Below are positions 49,570-64,000 of a stretch of 64,000 nt of DNA, piece by piece. The DNA is from the human T2T-CHM13v2.0 reference genome, Homo sapiens, in NCBI RefSeq assembly GCF_009914755.1, contig NC_060931.1; one strand, written 5' to 3'. The notes beneath the pieces are model-generated. The model saw only the letters and a program-made list of their open reading frames with translations, did not search any database and was not told the origin of the DNA. The stretch's first letter is position 1. The number at the start of each line of letters is the position of its first letter. The translations under genes were made by a program, and so were the position numbers.

Positions 49570-50450
49570 TTCTTCATTTGTAGAAAAGACTTTTTAGTCA
49601 CTGTAACATCAATTGTTCATTGTGGAAAATTTGGAAACTACTGAAATCAAAGAATAGAAAGCAAAAGTCATATATACTATCTGTATCCACAAATAATTAC
49701 TGAATACAAACACGATGTATGTGTATTTACATACATATTACGTATATATTTTTATATATATGTCAAATATCTGTATATGTTTGAATGGGGCGGGATTAGT
49801 GTTTTGTCAACCTTTTTATTGTGAAATACAGTACTTAGAATGCATCAACATAAGATGTGCAGGTTAACAAATAATTATCATGTAAATCCCATGAAGCTGT
49901 CAGTGACACCAAAGACCCCGTGAAATAGTTTCTTCTGAGTCCCCCACCTTGACTGTAGCAGTAACTGCCATCCTAATTTTGAGGACACATCCTGTTGCGT
50001 TTCTTTGTGGTTTACCATCTACATATGTGTCCCTAAAAAGTTTAGTTTAGCTTATTTTTGAACTGTGTATGAATAGAACTCTCCCATTTATATACCTTTG
50101 TTTCTGGGGTGTTTTGCTCAGTTTTGTTTGGAAGATGAATTTATCAATGTTGTTGATTGAATGTAGTTCATTCATCCTCATGAGTGTAGAGTGTGCCTTT
50201 CCAGGAATAAGCTACTTTCTGTTTATCATTTACTGCTGAGGGAACATTTGGGTTCTTTCCAGCGTTGGACTTCTACACACAGTGCTTCGTTGGTTCCCGT
50301 GGCCTGTGTGCCCGGACTTCTCATGTGCAGGCCTTGGATGAGAAGCATTGTGTCAACAGGTATCCAAAGAAGATAATGCTGAACTGCTTTTCAAATGGCT
50401 GCACCATTTATGTTCCAGATACTCCCCATCCTCCCCAGCATTGTCAGATA
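49570..50450 (-). mobile_element. L1ME-like 3' fragments
   Basis: CTTTTTATTGTGAAATA..TGTAGTTCATTCAT..GGAACATTTGGGTTCTTTCCAG..GGCTGCACCATTT. Confidence 0.65.
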
Positions 50451-50535
50451 TCTGGAAGGTTTCTGAGAGTTTCTCATGATGGTGCATGCAGAAATAGCTG
50501 ACACATAGTAGACATTTAGTATTGTTTGTGGAGGG

Positions 50536-50835
<300 letters not shown>

Positions 50836-51069
50836 GTGTCTTGCAGCTCTATTTATTATGAGTGTAATTAGTTATATAATTACTTATATCTCATTAAATA
50901 TATATTGTATAGCTATACATTAGTAACTTAACAGTATATACTATACATATAGTTTCATACAGTTCTATTTATTATCAATTATATATTAGTTATTTGTCAG
51001 TTATACATGTTAGCTCTATGATGAGTTATTTTAGGTAGCTAAAGTATTTTAGTGAGTATAGACAGCCTA

Positions 51070-51502
<433 letters not shown>

Positions 51503-51761
51503 TCATAAACATTTTAACAAATGTTTATTTCCTTGTCTTAAATAATAACTGTAGAACACTGCTGAAAGGGCTGCTTATCAGAGTTGCCTGATTTAATGTT
51601 AGCTAAGGGCATTCACCTTGCCATTCATGTGCTTCAAACTACTCTAATCTAGAGGATTGTGTAATCTATTTAAAATCTTATTTTCATTTAAGAAAACTGT
51701 TAACTTCTCTCTCTGTTACTTTGCCTTGAAAAATATTTTTAAAATGTGTGCTACCAAATAA

Positions 51762-52324
<563 letters not shown>

Positions 52325-52934
52325 AAGTGTGGAATATTTTTAAGACAAAGGATATGATTTTTTTAACCTGTATCTTTGATGTGTAGTTTTTGACCATTAA
52401 ATATGACCTTTTTTGATCTTATATTTAAAAAGATGCGCTGGCTTATATTAGACACAAGTAGAAAATTTAACTTTTCCAAGAGCAACACATAATTTTTAGT
52501 CATGGTTTGCTCATATTAAACATATGGTTACTGTATTACTAAAAAATATCAAAGTAATTTATGACTTTTAGAAAATCCACAATGCTGGTCCTTATTAAAA
52601 AAAGCATCAGGGTGAAGGTTACTGGAAGGAGTGCTCTTTTGCAGTTATTTGTCTTTGGATATTTTTAACATCTTTCATTACAGAAAGCTAAGTAGAAGTA
52701 GACAAGGAACATTTTGTCCTTGAGTCTAAAAATATGATTTTCCCCTTTCTTTCAAATTTTGAAGACTTTAACATCTCATAGTTTCTTTTTTAATGAAATC
52801 ATTTAAACATAAAGTCACTGGAATATTTTTAATGAGCCATTTCAAAGAACTAATGAATTAAAATAACTTTCTGTTTCTCATCTTAACTGTTCTTTCCCTG
52901 ACTGTAGAATTATTATTTGGAAAGTGGAAAGACT

Positions 52935-53444
<510 letters not shown>

Positions 53445-54068
53445 CTACCAACTTTTCAGTCCTCATTTAAGGCGTTGGGAATGTCTTTACCTCTTCCTGA
53501 CACTGTAGTCTTCGTGATGTTGGGGACCTCAGCCTCACCTGGGACGTTGCCTGCTTGTCTGGTAGCTCCTCTCTGGGCTTTTACTCCAGCACCCTTAGTC
53601 CTGGGCTGATTCCCCCTCCTGCCTCCCAGCTATTCTCATTCTTCACACAGGCCCAGGATGGCCTCAGCTCTCAAGGTGGCAACCATCCCCTACGAACGAT
53701 GAATGCACTGCAGTTTATTTCCAGCCCAGTCTCTTTCCGTAACCTTAGGCTCCTATGCTGAGCATCTCCATGTTTCGCCATTACTTCACTGGATGAAGTA
53801 ACCCTTGCTGGGTAACTCCATATCCATGCATTCACTCTGTGTCAATTGTAGGATGCACACTTCACCCAGTCACCTAGACTAGAATACTTAGTTATCTTTG
53901 TCTATTTGGACTCCATTGTCGACTCATTCAATTAGTCACTACTTTCTCTTCTGTTGACTTAATTTCTTGAATTCCATTCAAATCCTTCCAGTTTTCTTTA
54001 TCAGCCCTGGGCTTTAGTTCAGACTATTCCCACTATCGCTTATTTCATCTTTAAAACTAGCTGCTTAA

Positions 54069-54457
<389 letters not shown>

Positions 54458-54503
54458 CTAACATTTCTGATCTTATCTTTTCTTTAATTAAAATGTTTCG
54501 ATG

Positions 54504-54824
<321 letters not shown>

Positions 54825-55469
54825 CTAACTCATCTAGGAAAGGTCCAAACTTCTTAATGTGATGAATAAAGAAAGCCCTTTCCACAGACTTCAACCTTTC
54901 CTGTCTGAGTCTGAGCTGGACTCTGGTGCTGAATCTGAGCGCCCCCGGTTAGTGAGAATGTTGCCTCTCCCTCCATGGGCTCTCTAAGATTTATCCCACA
55001 TGTCAGACGTCAGATAGCGAGTCTCTCTAAGGACAACCACTGAGTTGAATTCACTGGCACATCCTCTGCACATATGGAGTTTTGTGCTAAGAAGTTTAAT
55101 AATATTTCATAAAAGTCATGATGGAATTTATTGTCTACCATAAGGAGCCATGCAATAAATTCCTGTGTATGTTCCACTTCAGGAAATATTTAGTCTCTGC
55201 AATTGGAGGCATCTGTTTTCTGTTGTCAAAAATTTAAATTAGTGTAATCTGAGGTCTCCTTTACCGTTAAATGCCAGAAAACTCAGAACCAGATACATTA
55301 GTCAAGAATCGTAAACTGCTTGGCTCTGCTGTCTGAGACTAGGAACCCCTTTTGCTTACTTTAAATAGATTCTTTTCTTTAACCCCTAAAAAACACTTTT
55401 CCCTGCTTGTTCTCCAACAACCTGTAAGACTTTTGGATGTATGTGGGGTACTTAGAATGATGTCAATGT

Positions 55470-55824
<355 letters not shown>

Positions 55825-55974
55825 CTAGCTTTTACCCATGCATTTTTACAAAGTTGCAATTTTCACATAACATGAGAAGGACCAATAAATCTTGGCCATC
55901 CTGCCTTTTCTCCAGAGCTTCTCTATTGCTTTCACTTCTCTTACACAGCTCAGACCCTCATATTCTCTGACCGG

Positions 55975-56045
55975 GATATATATATACACATATATATATA
56001 CACATATATATGTATATATGTGTGTGTGTGTATATATATATATAT
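55975..56045. repeat. (TA)n/(TG)n compound microsatellite at an Alu tail
   Basis: Seen directly. Confidence 0.93.
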
Positions 56046-56749
<704 letters not shown>

Positions 56750-56939
56750 ATGACCACGAGAGCAATGTTCTTAATATTCATGAGGTGGGTCAGCTATCTG
56801 ACGAGATGAGATTTTAAAATTTATGTCTGTATGTATATGTATGTATGTTACTTAGGCAAGAGAACTACTATGTTAAGTCTGGAATTTGCTTGGTGAAGGA
56901 GATGATAGTATTCAAAGATTTAAAAGTATTAAAATTCTA

Positions 56940-57016
56940 TTATGTTGGCACAAAAGTAATTGCATTTTTGCCGTTAAAAGTTATGCAAAACCACAATTAC
57001 TTTTGCACCAACCTAA
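56940..57016. mobile_element. MADE1 (Hsmar1-derived mariner MITE)
   Basis: Palindromic TTATGTTGGCACAAAAGTAATTGC..CAATTACTTTTGCACCAACCTAA with TA target duplication. Confidence 0.93.
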
Positions 57017-57554
57017 TAGAAACCTCCTGGAAGAGAGGAGTTGGAGATTCCGATCCCTTCTCCCTGAGATTCTAAGTATAACAGGACATTAAATAAAACC
57101 TTTTCTGTTGCCTTGACATCCAGAAATACCCAAAGGCTCAAAGCGGTAGGTAAAAGACTATGTATTGTGAAACCTGTTTGGAGACTCTTAACTCTTTATC
57201 CTCCTCCAGGATATATAAGGAATGCAGAAGATATTGGTGGAGACCTTTTTTGGGGAGAATGTTGGTGTACTGTGCATTCTGGGTCCCTCTGTAGGGAAGT
57301 GATCAGGTACTTCTTCACAGTCTCAAGCTGCCAGTTGAGTAAGCAGGGGTTTTGGAGAGTCACTGGGAGAGCTGCACATGTCACCCAGGCATTCAGAGCC
57401 ATCAAGTTCTCATACCTGATTTCCACTGGAAAACATCTAAAGGTGAGAAGCTGGCTGGTGCCCTGAAGAGTGGGTCACAGCAGGAAGATGCCACATTCCC
57501 ACTGATGGAGGGGTGAAGACGTGAGTTTCTCTGGTCAGCTATGGAGTCAGGCTA

Positions 57555-58264
57555 TGTGTTAGTCCATTTGCCTTGCTATAAAGGAATACCTGAGACCGAG
57601 TAATTCATAAAGAAAAGAGGTTTATTTTGGCTTATCATTCTGCAGACTGTACAGGAAGCATGGTGCTGGCATCTGCTTTTGGGGAGGGCCTCAGGAAGCT
57701 CAAAGTCATGGTGGAAAGTGAGGGGAGCCAGTGCATTACATGGTGACACAGGGAGCAAGAAGGATGCCAGCCTCTTTTATTTTTTTTTTGAGATGGAGTC
57801 TAGCTCTGTCACCCAGGCTGGAGTGGAGAGGTGTGATCTTGGCTCTTTACAACCTCTGCCTCCCGGGTTCAAGCGATTCTCCTGCCTCAGCCTCTGGAGT
57901 AGCTGGGACTACACGCATGCCACCACGCCTGGCTAATTTTTGTATTTTTAGTAGAGATGGGGTTTCACCATATTGGTAAGGCTGGTCTTGAACTCCTGAC
58001 CTCATGATCAGCCCCCCCTCAGCCTCCCAAAGTGCTGGGATTACAGGCGTGAGCCATGGCGCCCGGCCACCAGGCTCTTTTAAACCATCAGCTCTTATGT
58101 GAACTCACAGAGCAAGAACTCACTTATTACCATGGGGAGGGCACCAAGCCATTAATGAGGGATCCGCCCCCATGACCAAAATGCTTCCCACCAGGCCCCA
58201 CGTTCAACATTGGGGATCACATTTCAACATGAAAGTTGGAGGGAAAAACATCCAAACCATATCA
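57555..58264 (-). mobile_element. MSTA solo LTR split by an Alu
   Basis: TGTGTTAGTCC..GCTATAAAGGAATACCTGAGAC..CATCCAAACCATATCA. Confidence 0.9.
57776..58068 (-). mobile_element. AluSg-like
   Basis: TSD CCAG[C/G]CTCTTTT. Confidence 0.93.
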
Positions 58265-58299
58265 GGTTGCATCACTTGACAGTGACCTGGCTGAAGAGA

Positions 58300-58600
58300 A
58301 TGGGCATTTACCAGCTTTCCTCCTTCCAGGTGCCAGGGAGGTGGCACTTCTCCCAAACCATTTGAGGTTGGATGTTGCTGCATGAATTGCTTTGCCCATT
58401 AAAAGGTAGCAGAAACAATGTGGGTCACTTCCATTTTTAAGGGCCAGTGAATGATTTGCTTCTTTCTCTCTGGCATATGTGTTGAATGATCACCTCCTGA
58501 GTGCCAGGGAAAGCAGATCAGGCAGTCCATGAACAGAGTCCATGCACAGAGATAAGGCAGGGTCTTAGATTAGCCACTCAAATCACCATGGACCACAGGT
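58300..58600 (+). mobile_element. Old MLT1 (I/J/K-like) LTR fragment
   Basis: GAATTGCTTTGCCCA..GCAGAAA..TGGGTCACTTCC. Confidence 0.5.
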
Positions 58601-59803
58601 ATTGAGCCAACATTCAGAGGTGAATATTTTTAGGTGGTGTTTCCTGTCAGTCCAAAATGCCTTTATGATGTCTCTTTGATGGATCTGACTCAGGATGATG
58701 GACTGAACACCCACATCCACCACTACCCATCCCAAATCTCTTTAAGGTGGAGGTAAGGATATGAGGAGAACAGAGAGGGCTGGGTTATTATCAGCCATGA
58801 AACTCCAATACACTTCTGAAAAATGGAAAACAACTGGAAGGGTGCTGCCTGGTGCAGTGTGGTGGAGGAAACAAGCCCAGGATGTGCCCAGGGCAGGCTG
58901 GGACCTGGGAGGTGGAGGTGTTGACCTGGCTAGCAGAGCCCTGGAGGAACAGAAGAGTGGGAAGACAGAAGGGCACACAGCTCAAGCAGGGAAAGGATTG
59001 AGGAGCTTGTGGGCAGAGGGTTGACCCTGCCCCTTTTTCCACCAAGCATGCATTCCCTAGGCATTGGCAATTCAAAAGGTCCTTCTTGAAGTAAACTGAA
59101 CTAATCCTCTGTGCAAAGTCTGAGCAGCTGCTATTGAGGCTGACACTCTAGAGCAAGCCCTGTTCATTTTAGCTTTGACTGACTCCCTTGAATTCAATCA
59201 CTGCTAGCCCACTTAACCTAAAATGGACGTTGCCAATTGACAAGTACAGCCCACCTACAGAGTTTCTGACTGTCTGGTTCTTAGATGTAAACAGTTACTG
59301 AGCATCACCAGACCCTTGAGAAAAATCTGCAATATAAATTGGACAGACAAAATGAGCCAAGGTAATTCAGAAGAATAGGAAAGAATTACCAACAACTACC
59401 ATAAAGTTTAAGTATGGTCCACCCAGAACTGCATCCATACAGTAAGGAAAGGATGCTACCGTAAAGTAACAATCAGAGAATAAAAAAGCCTCTTGGAAAT
59501 TAATTATGTGTCTGATTGTCAAAAGAATAAAATTTAATACAAATGTTAACAGATAAAGTCAAAGAATATTTGGAACGTAGAACAAAAACTTAATTAAAAA
59601 TATGAATAAGAAATATTAAAAAACACTAAGGATTAGCCCAGGACTGTATTAGCTGATTGACAGGATTTCTAAAAATAAAAAAGAAAGAGCCAATGTGTAA
59701 TTGTTAAATGGATTGTAAAAGAAAATTTCCATTTTGACAGAGACATGAGCATTCATTGTCAAATAGTATGAATGAAAATTTCACTTCCAAAAATAATAAA
59801 AAG

Positions 59804-60948
59804 TCACCACCACCACCACCAAAAACACACCATCACCACCATCACCCTCACTACCACCACCGTCACCATAACCGTCATTACTTGCATCATTACCACAATC
59901 ACCAATGCCATCACCACTGTTACCACCACCACCATAACTACCACCACTGCCATTACCACAATCATCATGACTTGTATCATCATCACAATCACCAATGCCA
60001 TCACCACCATTACCACCACCGCCACCACCATCATCACCATCAGCACCACACCCCCAATACCACCAGGATTTTTACCACCACGACTATCATCACTATTGTC
60101 ACCAACAACACCAATACCATGATCATCACCACTGCCACCACCACCACAATCACCATCTCTATCATCTAACCACCATTGCCTCCACTATCACCATCACCAT
60201 CACCACTATCACTACCATCGCCACCGTCACCACTACCACTATCAGCACTACCACTTCTATCATCACCACCACCACCACCACCAAAACCACCACCATCACA
60301 ATTACTACCTCCATCACCATCACCACCATCACCACAATGATCATAACTACCGTTATCACCACAATCGCCAATATCATCATCACCATTACTACCACCACTA
60401 TCACCATCACCAGTAGTACCACCCCTACAACCCCAACCACAATAACCATCACCACCACCAATGTAACTGTTATTACTACCATCACTACCATCACCATCTC
60501 CGCCATCATAACCACCATCACCTTCACCATCACCATCACCACCATCACTACCATCACCACCATCACTGTTGTCACTACTAACATCATCACCACCACCAAT
60601 ACCACCATTATCACCACTGCCAATACCACCACCACCACCACAATTAGTGTCTCCTCCATCATAATCACCTTTGCCTTCACTATCAGCACCACCACCTCCA
60701 TTATCACTACCACCATTACTACCATTACCATTATCACTACAACCACCATCACCATAATCACTACTATCACCACCACCACTATCACCACTACAATCATCAC
60801 CATTATCACCACCATCATCAGTACAGCACCACCACCACCAACACTACCAATATCACCACTGCCACCATTGCCACCATCCTCTCCACCACCATCATTAGCA
60901 TTATAACCACCGCCTCCATCACCACTGTCACCACCATGCTTACCACCA
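59804..60948. repeat. ~1.15-kb degenerate (CAC/CAT)n trinucleotide tract
   Basis: Seen directly; yields poly-His, poly-Thr and poly-Val ORFs. Confidence 0.97.
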
Positions 60949-60949
60949 G

Positions 60950-61060
60950 GAACAATAAGTATAACATCTATTTATTGAGCACTTACTACAATCCAGTCAC
61001 TGTTTCAGGTACTTCCCACATTTTAACTTATTTAGTCAGCACATTAACACTGTAGGGTGA
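60950..61060 (-). mobile_element. MIR 3' fragment
   Basis: TTTATTGAGCACTTACTA..CACTGTTTCAGGTACTT. Confidence 0.7.
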
Positions 61061-61215
61061 AATTTCAGAACACTAGGAATGAAGAAAAGGTGGTAAAATC
61101 TCCCAGGAACAAAAAAAGTCACTCATAAATAATAAGACTATTACTGGCACCAGACTTTCCATTATTAACTGTAAATGTTAGAAGGCAAAGAACAAAGCTT
61201 TAAAAGTTCTGAGGG

Positions 61216-61493
61216 GGCCAGGCATGGTGGCTCATGCGTGTAATCCCAGCACTTTGGGAGGCCGAGAAGGGAGAATCACAAGGTCAGGAGTTCAAGACAA
61301 GCCTGACCAATATGTTGAAACCCTATCTCCACTAAAAAAAATGCAAACAAAATACAAAAAAAATTAGCTGGGCGTGGTGGCGCATGCCTGTAATCCCAGC
61401 TACTCAGGAGGCTGAGGCAGGTGAGCCGAGATTGTGCCACTGCACTCCAGCCTGGGCGACAGAGGGAGACTCCGTCTCAAAAAAAAAAAAAAA
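61216..61493 (+). mobile_element. AluS with a right-arm deletion
   Basis: GAGGCAG joined to GTGAGCCGAG; TSD AAAG[T/G]TCTGAGGG. Confidence 0.92.
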
Positions 61494-61988
61494 GGTCTGA
61501 GGGAATATCTATACATTAGAGAAACTATCAAGTATGGTGGCAGAACAAATTCTTTTAGACTTTTAAGAACCCACAGATGTTTTTGCAGGAAGTCTCTGAA
61601 GATGAATTCCAAAATGGAAGAGGAGGGGACTGGCTCCAGGATATCAGAGACCAGACGGGGTCAAGAGCTCTTGAAGGATGGTCTCCAGGAGCACAGCATA
61701 GAGAGTGGGCTCCACAACTGGAAGAACTTGAAGACAGGAAAAAGGCACAGAGGGAAAGATTATAAATAAGCAGTTTTACCCTAGGTAAAACAAAACACTG
61801 GATGAGAAAGCCGTGAACACATATGAATAGAAACATGAAGTCAATGGGCCTTAAGAGGGAAAAATGGATTCTTAGCTATTGAATGAAAAAGAGATTAGAA
61901 AAGTTTAGAGGGCTGGCATGTGTTTCCTCTCTTCTCTATACCCTTTCCCTCCACACTGTGAAGAAGGGCATTCAGAATCCCAGGATTA

Positions 61989-62052
61989 AAAAGAAAGAGA
62001 GGAAGGAAGGAAGGAAGGAAAGAAGAAAAGGAAGGAGGGAGGAAAGAAGGGA
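61989..62052. repeat. (GGAA)n-rich polypurine tract
   Basis: Seen directly. Confidence 0.85.
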
Positions 62053-62919
62053 GAATGGTCAAAATATATGACAGATGAGGTCCAGAATATGCAAATTTGT
62101 TGCACGTTTTCAGCCACTGGTAGAATATGAGAAAAGAGAATCTGTATGTGAGCATTTAAAATATACATTTGAATTTTTATCAAGGTGATACAAACCCATA
62201 CTTAACAAAAAATTAAGCACCACTAATAATCTTATGATGATACATAGTGGTCTCTTACTCCACACCCCCTATTTTACTTTCTCATGCCCCAGAGGAAATC
62301 TCTATTCTTCTAAGTTATTTTTGACATGTATTTCCATATTTCCAAAAAACATTTCTTATATAGATACTTGTGGATTTATTAATTTTAGACAATAATTTAA
62401 CTTCCTGTTATGACAAGTGAGACTTAGCTTTCTTACCTGGTAAGAAAGGGTACATGCAGTGCCTCTGCCACACTCTCCCAACAGTGGGTTTGGGTCCTAA
62501 AGTTAACTTAAATCATTGGTTGACCTTAATATCATTGCACTTGTGTAAATATTGTCCACTCTTGGGCTAAGAGGTGTCTGTTCCATGTTTACATTTTCTT
62601 TTTCACTTCAAACTTTTTTCCTGAAATTATTAATGACTGCTTTTTTCATTGCTTAGATTTCCTTTTTATTCAAGCTCATTTCTTCAGTATGCTCAATCTG
62701 ATAGCCTACTTCATATTTCTCTTGCAAACCCATCTTGAATATGCATGTCTGCCTGCTCCAGCCTGCACTGGCTCACCCCAGGCCTGCTGCACAGCTGTCA
62801 TTCAGGATATTCTCAGGCTGGAATATCCTGAGTGACAGCTGTGTATCAGGCTTGGATCAGGCCTTATTTCCTGGATCCAATGCTGTGCTGGGGCCTCCTC
62901 ATATTATATTAACTTTCTA

Positions 62920-63065
62920 AAATTGATTGCTAAATATTTGGGAGTTTTGCAAACCACAATCATTGGCAGCCACGGTGGGAGTATGTATACCACCCAAACT
63001 GCCAAATGCCAGAAATCAAGCCTTTTTTGGGAGGGTGGTGAGGATCTGTTCTATCAGCACATTGC
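62920..63065. mobile_element. MER63-like hAT fragment
   Basis: GCCACGGTGGGAGTATGTATACCAC..AAATCAAG..CAGCAC. Confidence 0.6.
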
Positions 63066-63069
63066 TGAT

Positions 63070-64000
63070 TCTATGTCTGCCTCTTTATTAATTTATTCCT
63101 TTTTTTGATGAAGCATATTTTATAGTATATTCTAGGAAAAGGAAAGGACACCAGAGAGGTAAGATTTTTGAGTCCTCACATGTTTCAAAATGCCTTTTTA
63201 GGCTGAGCATGGTGGCTCACACCTGTAATCCCAGCACGTTGGGTGGCTGAGGTGGGCAGATCACTTGAGGCCAGGAGTTTGAGACCAGCCTGGCCAACAT
63301 GGCGAAGCCCTGTTTCTACTAAAAATACAAAAATTACCTGGGTGTGGTGGGACGTGCCTGTAGTCCCAGCTACTTGGGAGGCTAAGGCACAAGAATCACT
63401 TGAACCTCGGAGGCACACTGTCTCAAAAAAAAGAAAATACTTTTTTATTGTACTCTTATTCTTGACAGATGATTTGGCTGAGTAGAGAACTCTAAGAAAC
63501 ATGATGTTTCCTCAGACTTTTGAAGGCATTGTTCCGTTGTCTTCTGTCTTCCAGTGTTGCCTTTGAAAAGTTGGAGTTTTTTTGTTTCCTGATCTTTCTC
63601 ATGGGACCTGTTTCTTTTCCTGTCTTCAGACTTCTTAAGGACCTCTCTTTTCCATAGTATTCTGAAATGTTAAAAGACGTACAATTTGTGTGGTGTTGAT
63701 GGGCCTTGTATATCTGGTATGGCATGTTCTCTAGTTCCTGGAATTTTTTTTTTTTTTTGGCAGTATTTCTCTGACATTTTCTTCTTCAGCCTCTCTCCAA
63801 GACCTCACCTCTCATTTTCTCCATTTATTTCTTTCTGGAACTTCAACTGGTTGAATGTGATATCTCCCATAATAACCCTTTAATTTTGGGTGGGTCATTT
63901 TCCCCCCTTCTAATTTCCTTTTTTTCCCCCACCTTCTTCCATCTTTCATCATTCTGTTTAATTTTTTAGTTAACTATCATCTTTTTAACTTCCAGGTTCT
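63070..64000 (-). mobile_element. HAL1/L1ME ORF1-like remnant
   Basis: TTTGGCTGAGTAGAGAACTCTA..CTCAGACTTTTGAAGGCATTGTTCC..TTCTGAAAT. Confidence 0.65.
63201..63432 (+). mobile_element. AluS with a distal right-arm deletion
   Basis: CGGAGGCA joined to CACTGTCTCAAAA; imperfect TSD AAAAT(G/A)C(C/T)TTTT. Confidence 0.91.

Larger units (their letters stand above)
59100..61900 (+). mobile_element. HAL1/L1ME ORF1-like remnant, interrupted by the CAC repeat, a MIR and an Alu
   Basis: A-rich sense ORF1 motifs (CTCTTGGAAATT; GTGAAATTTCAGAACAC; AAAGTTCTGAGGG). Confidence 0.6.

Noticed and set aside
59756-60906. Poly-His, mucin-like poly-Thr (303 aa) and poly-Val ORFs
   Set aside because: They are stop-poor reading frames of a CAC/CAT repeat, open in several frames on both strands, with no splice or signal-peptide context

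Overview
This is human genomic DNA; a near-consensus AluYa5 at 55470-55771 points to Homo sapiens. It is intronic or intergenic and dominated by repeats. I count about 55 Alu copies or fragments (roughly a quarter of the window), plus old L1M/L1MC/L1ME/HAL1 and L2 fragments, MIRs, LTRs (THE1D, MSTA, MSTB with internal sequence, MLT1, MLT2, MER4, MER61) and DNA transposon fossils (MER5, Charlie1, MER44, Tigger3, MADE1, MER63). Tandem repeats include a 24-bp minisatellite, a 1.15-kb CAC/CAT trinucleotide tract and several microsatellites. I see no conserved protein-coding exon, rRNA, tRNA or CRISPR array, and almost all ORFs in the track are repeat artefacts. The best gene-like signal is a candidate + strand 3' end. 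It consists of a 64-nt antisense-MIR-derived exon (19258-19321) whose acceptor is also a strong donor (CAG|GTAAG, a recursive or dual-specificity site), spliced in frame to a candidate terminal exon (19472 to ~21165) that carries a stop at 19793 and AATAAA at 21142. I cannot name the host gene. Other notable items are structural: an 85-bp collapsed inverted-Alu scar, two AluY elements inverted about 15 bp apart, a triplicated target site, and a 17-bp perfect hairpin in a MER4 LTR. Repeat subfamily calls come from recalled consensus sequences, not a RepeatMasker run, and their boundaries are approximate.
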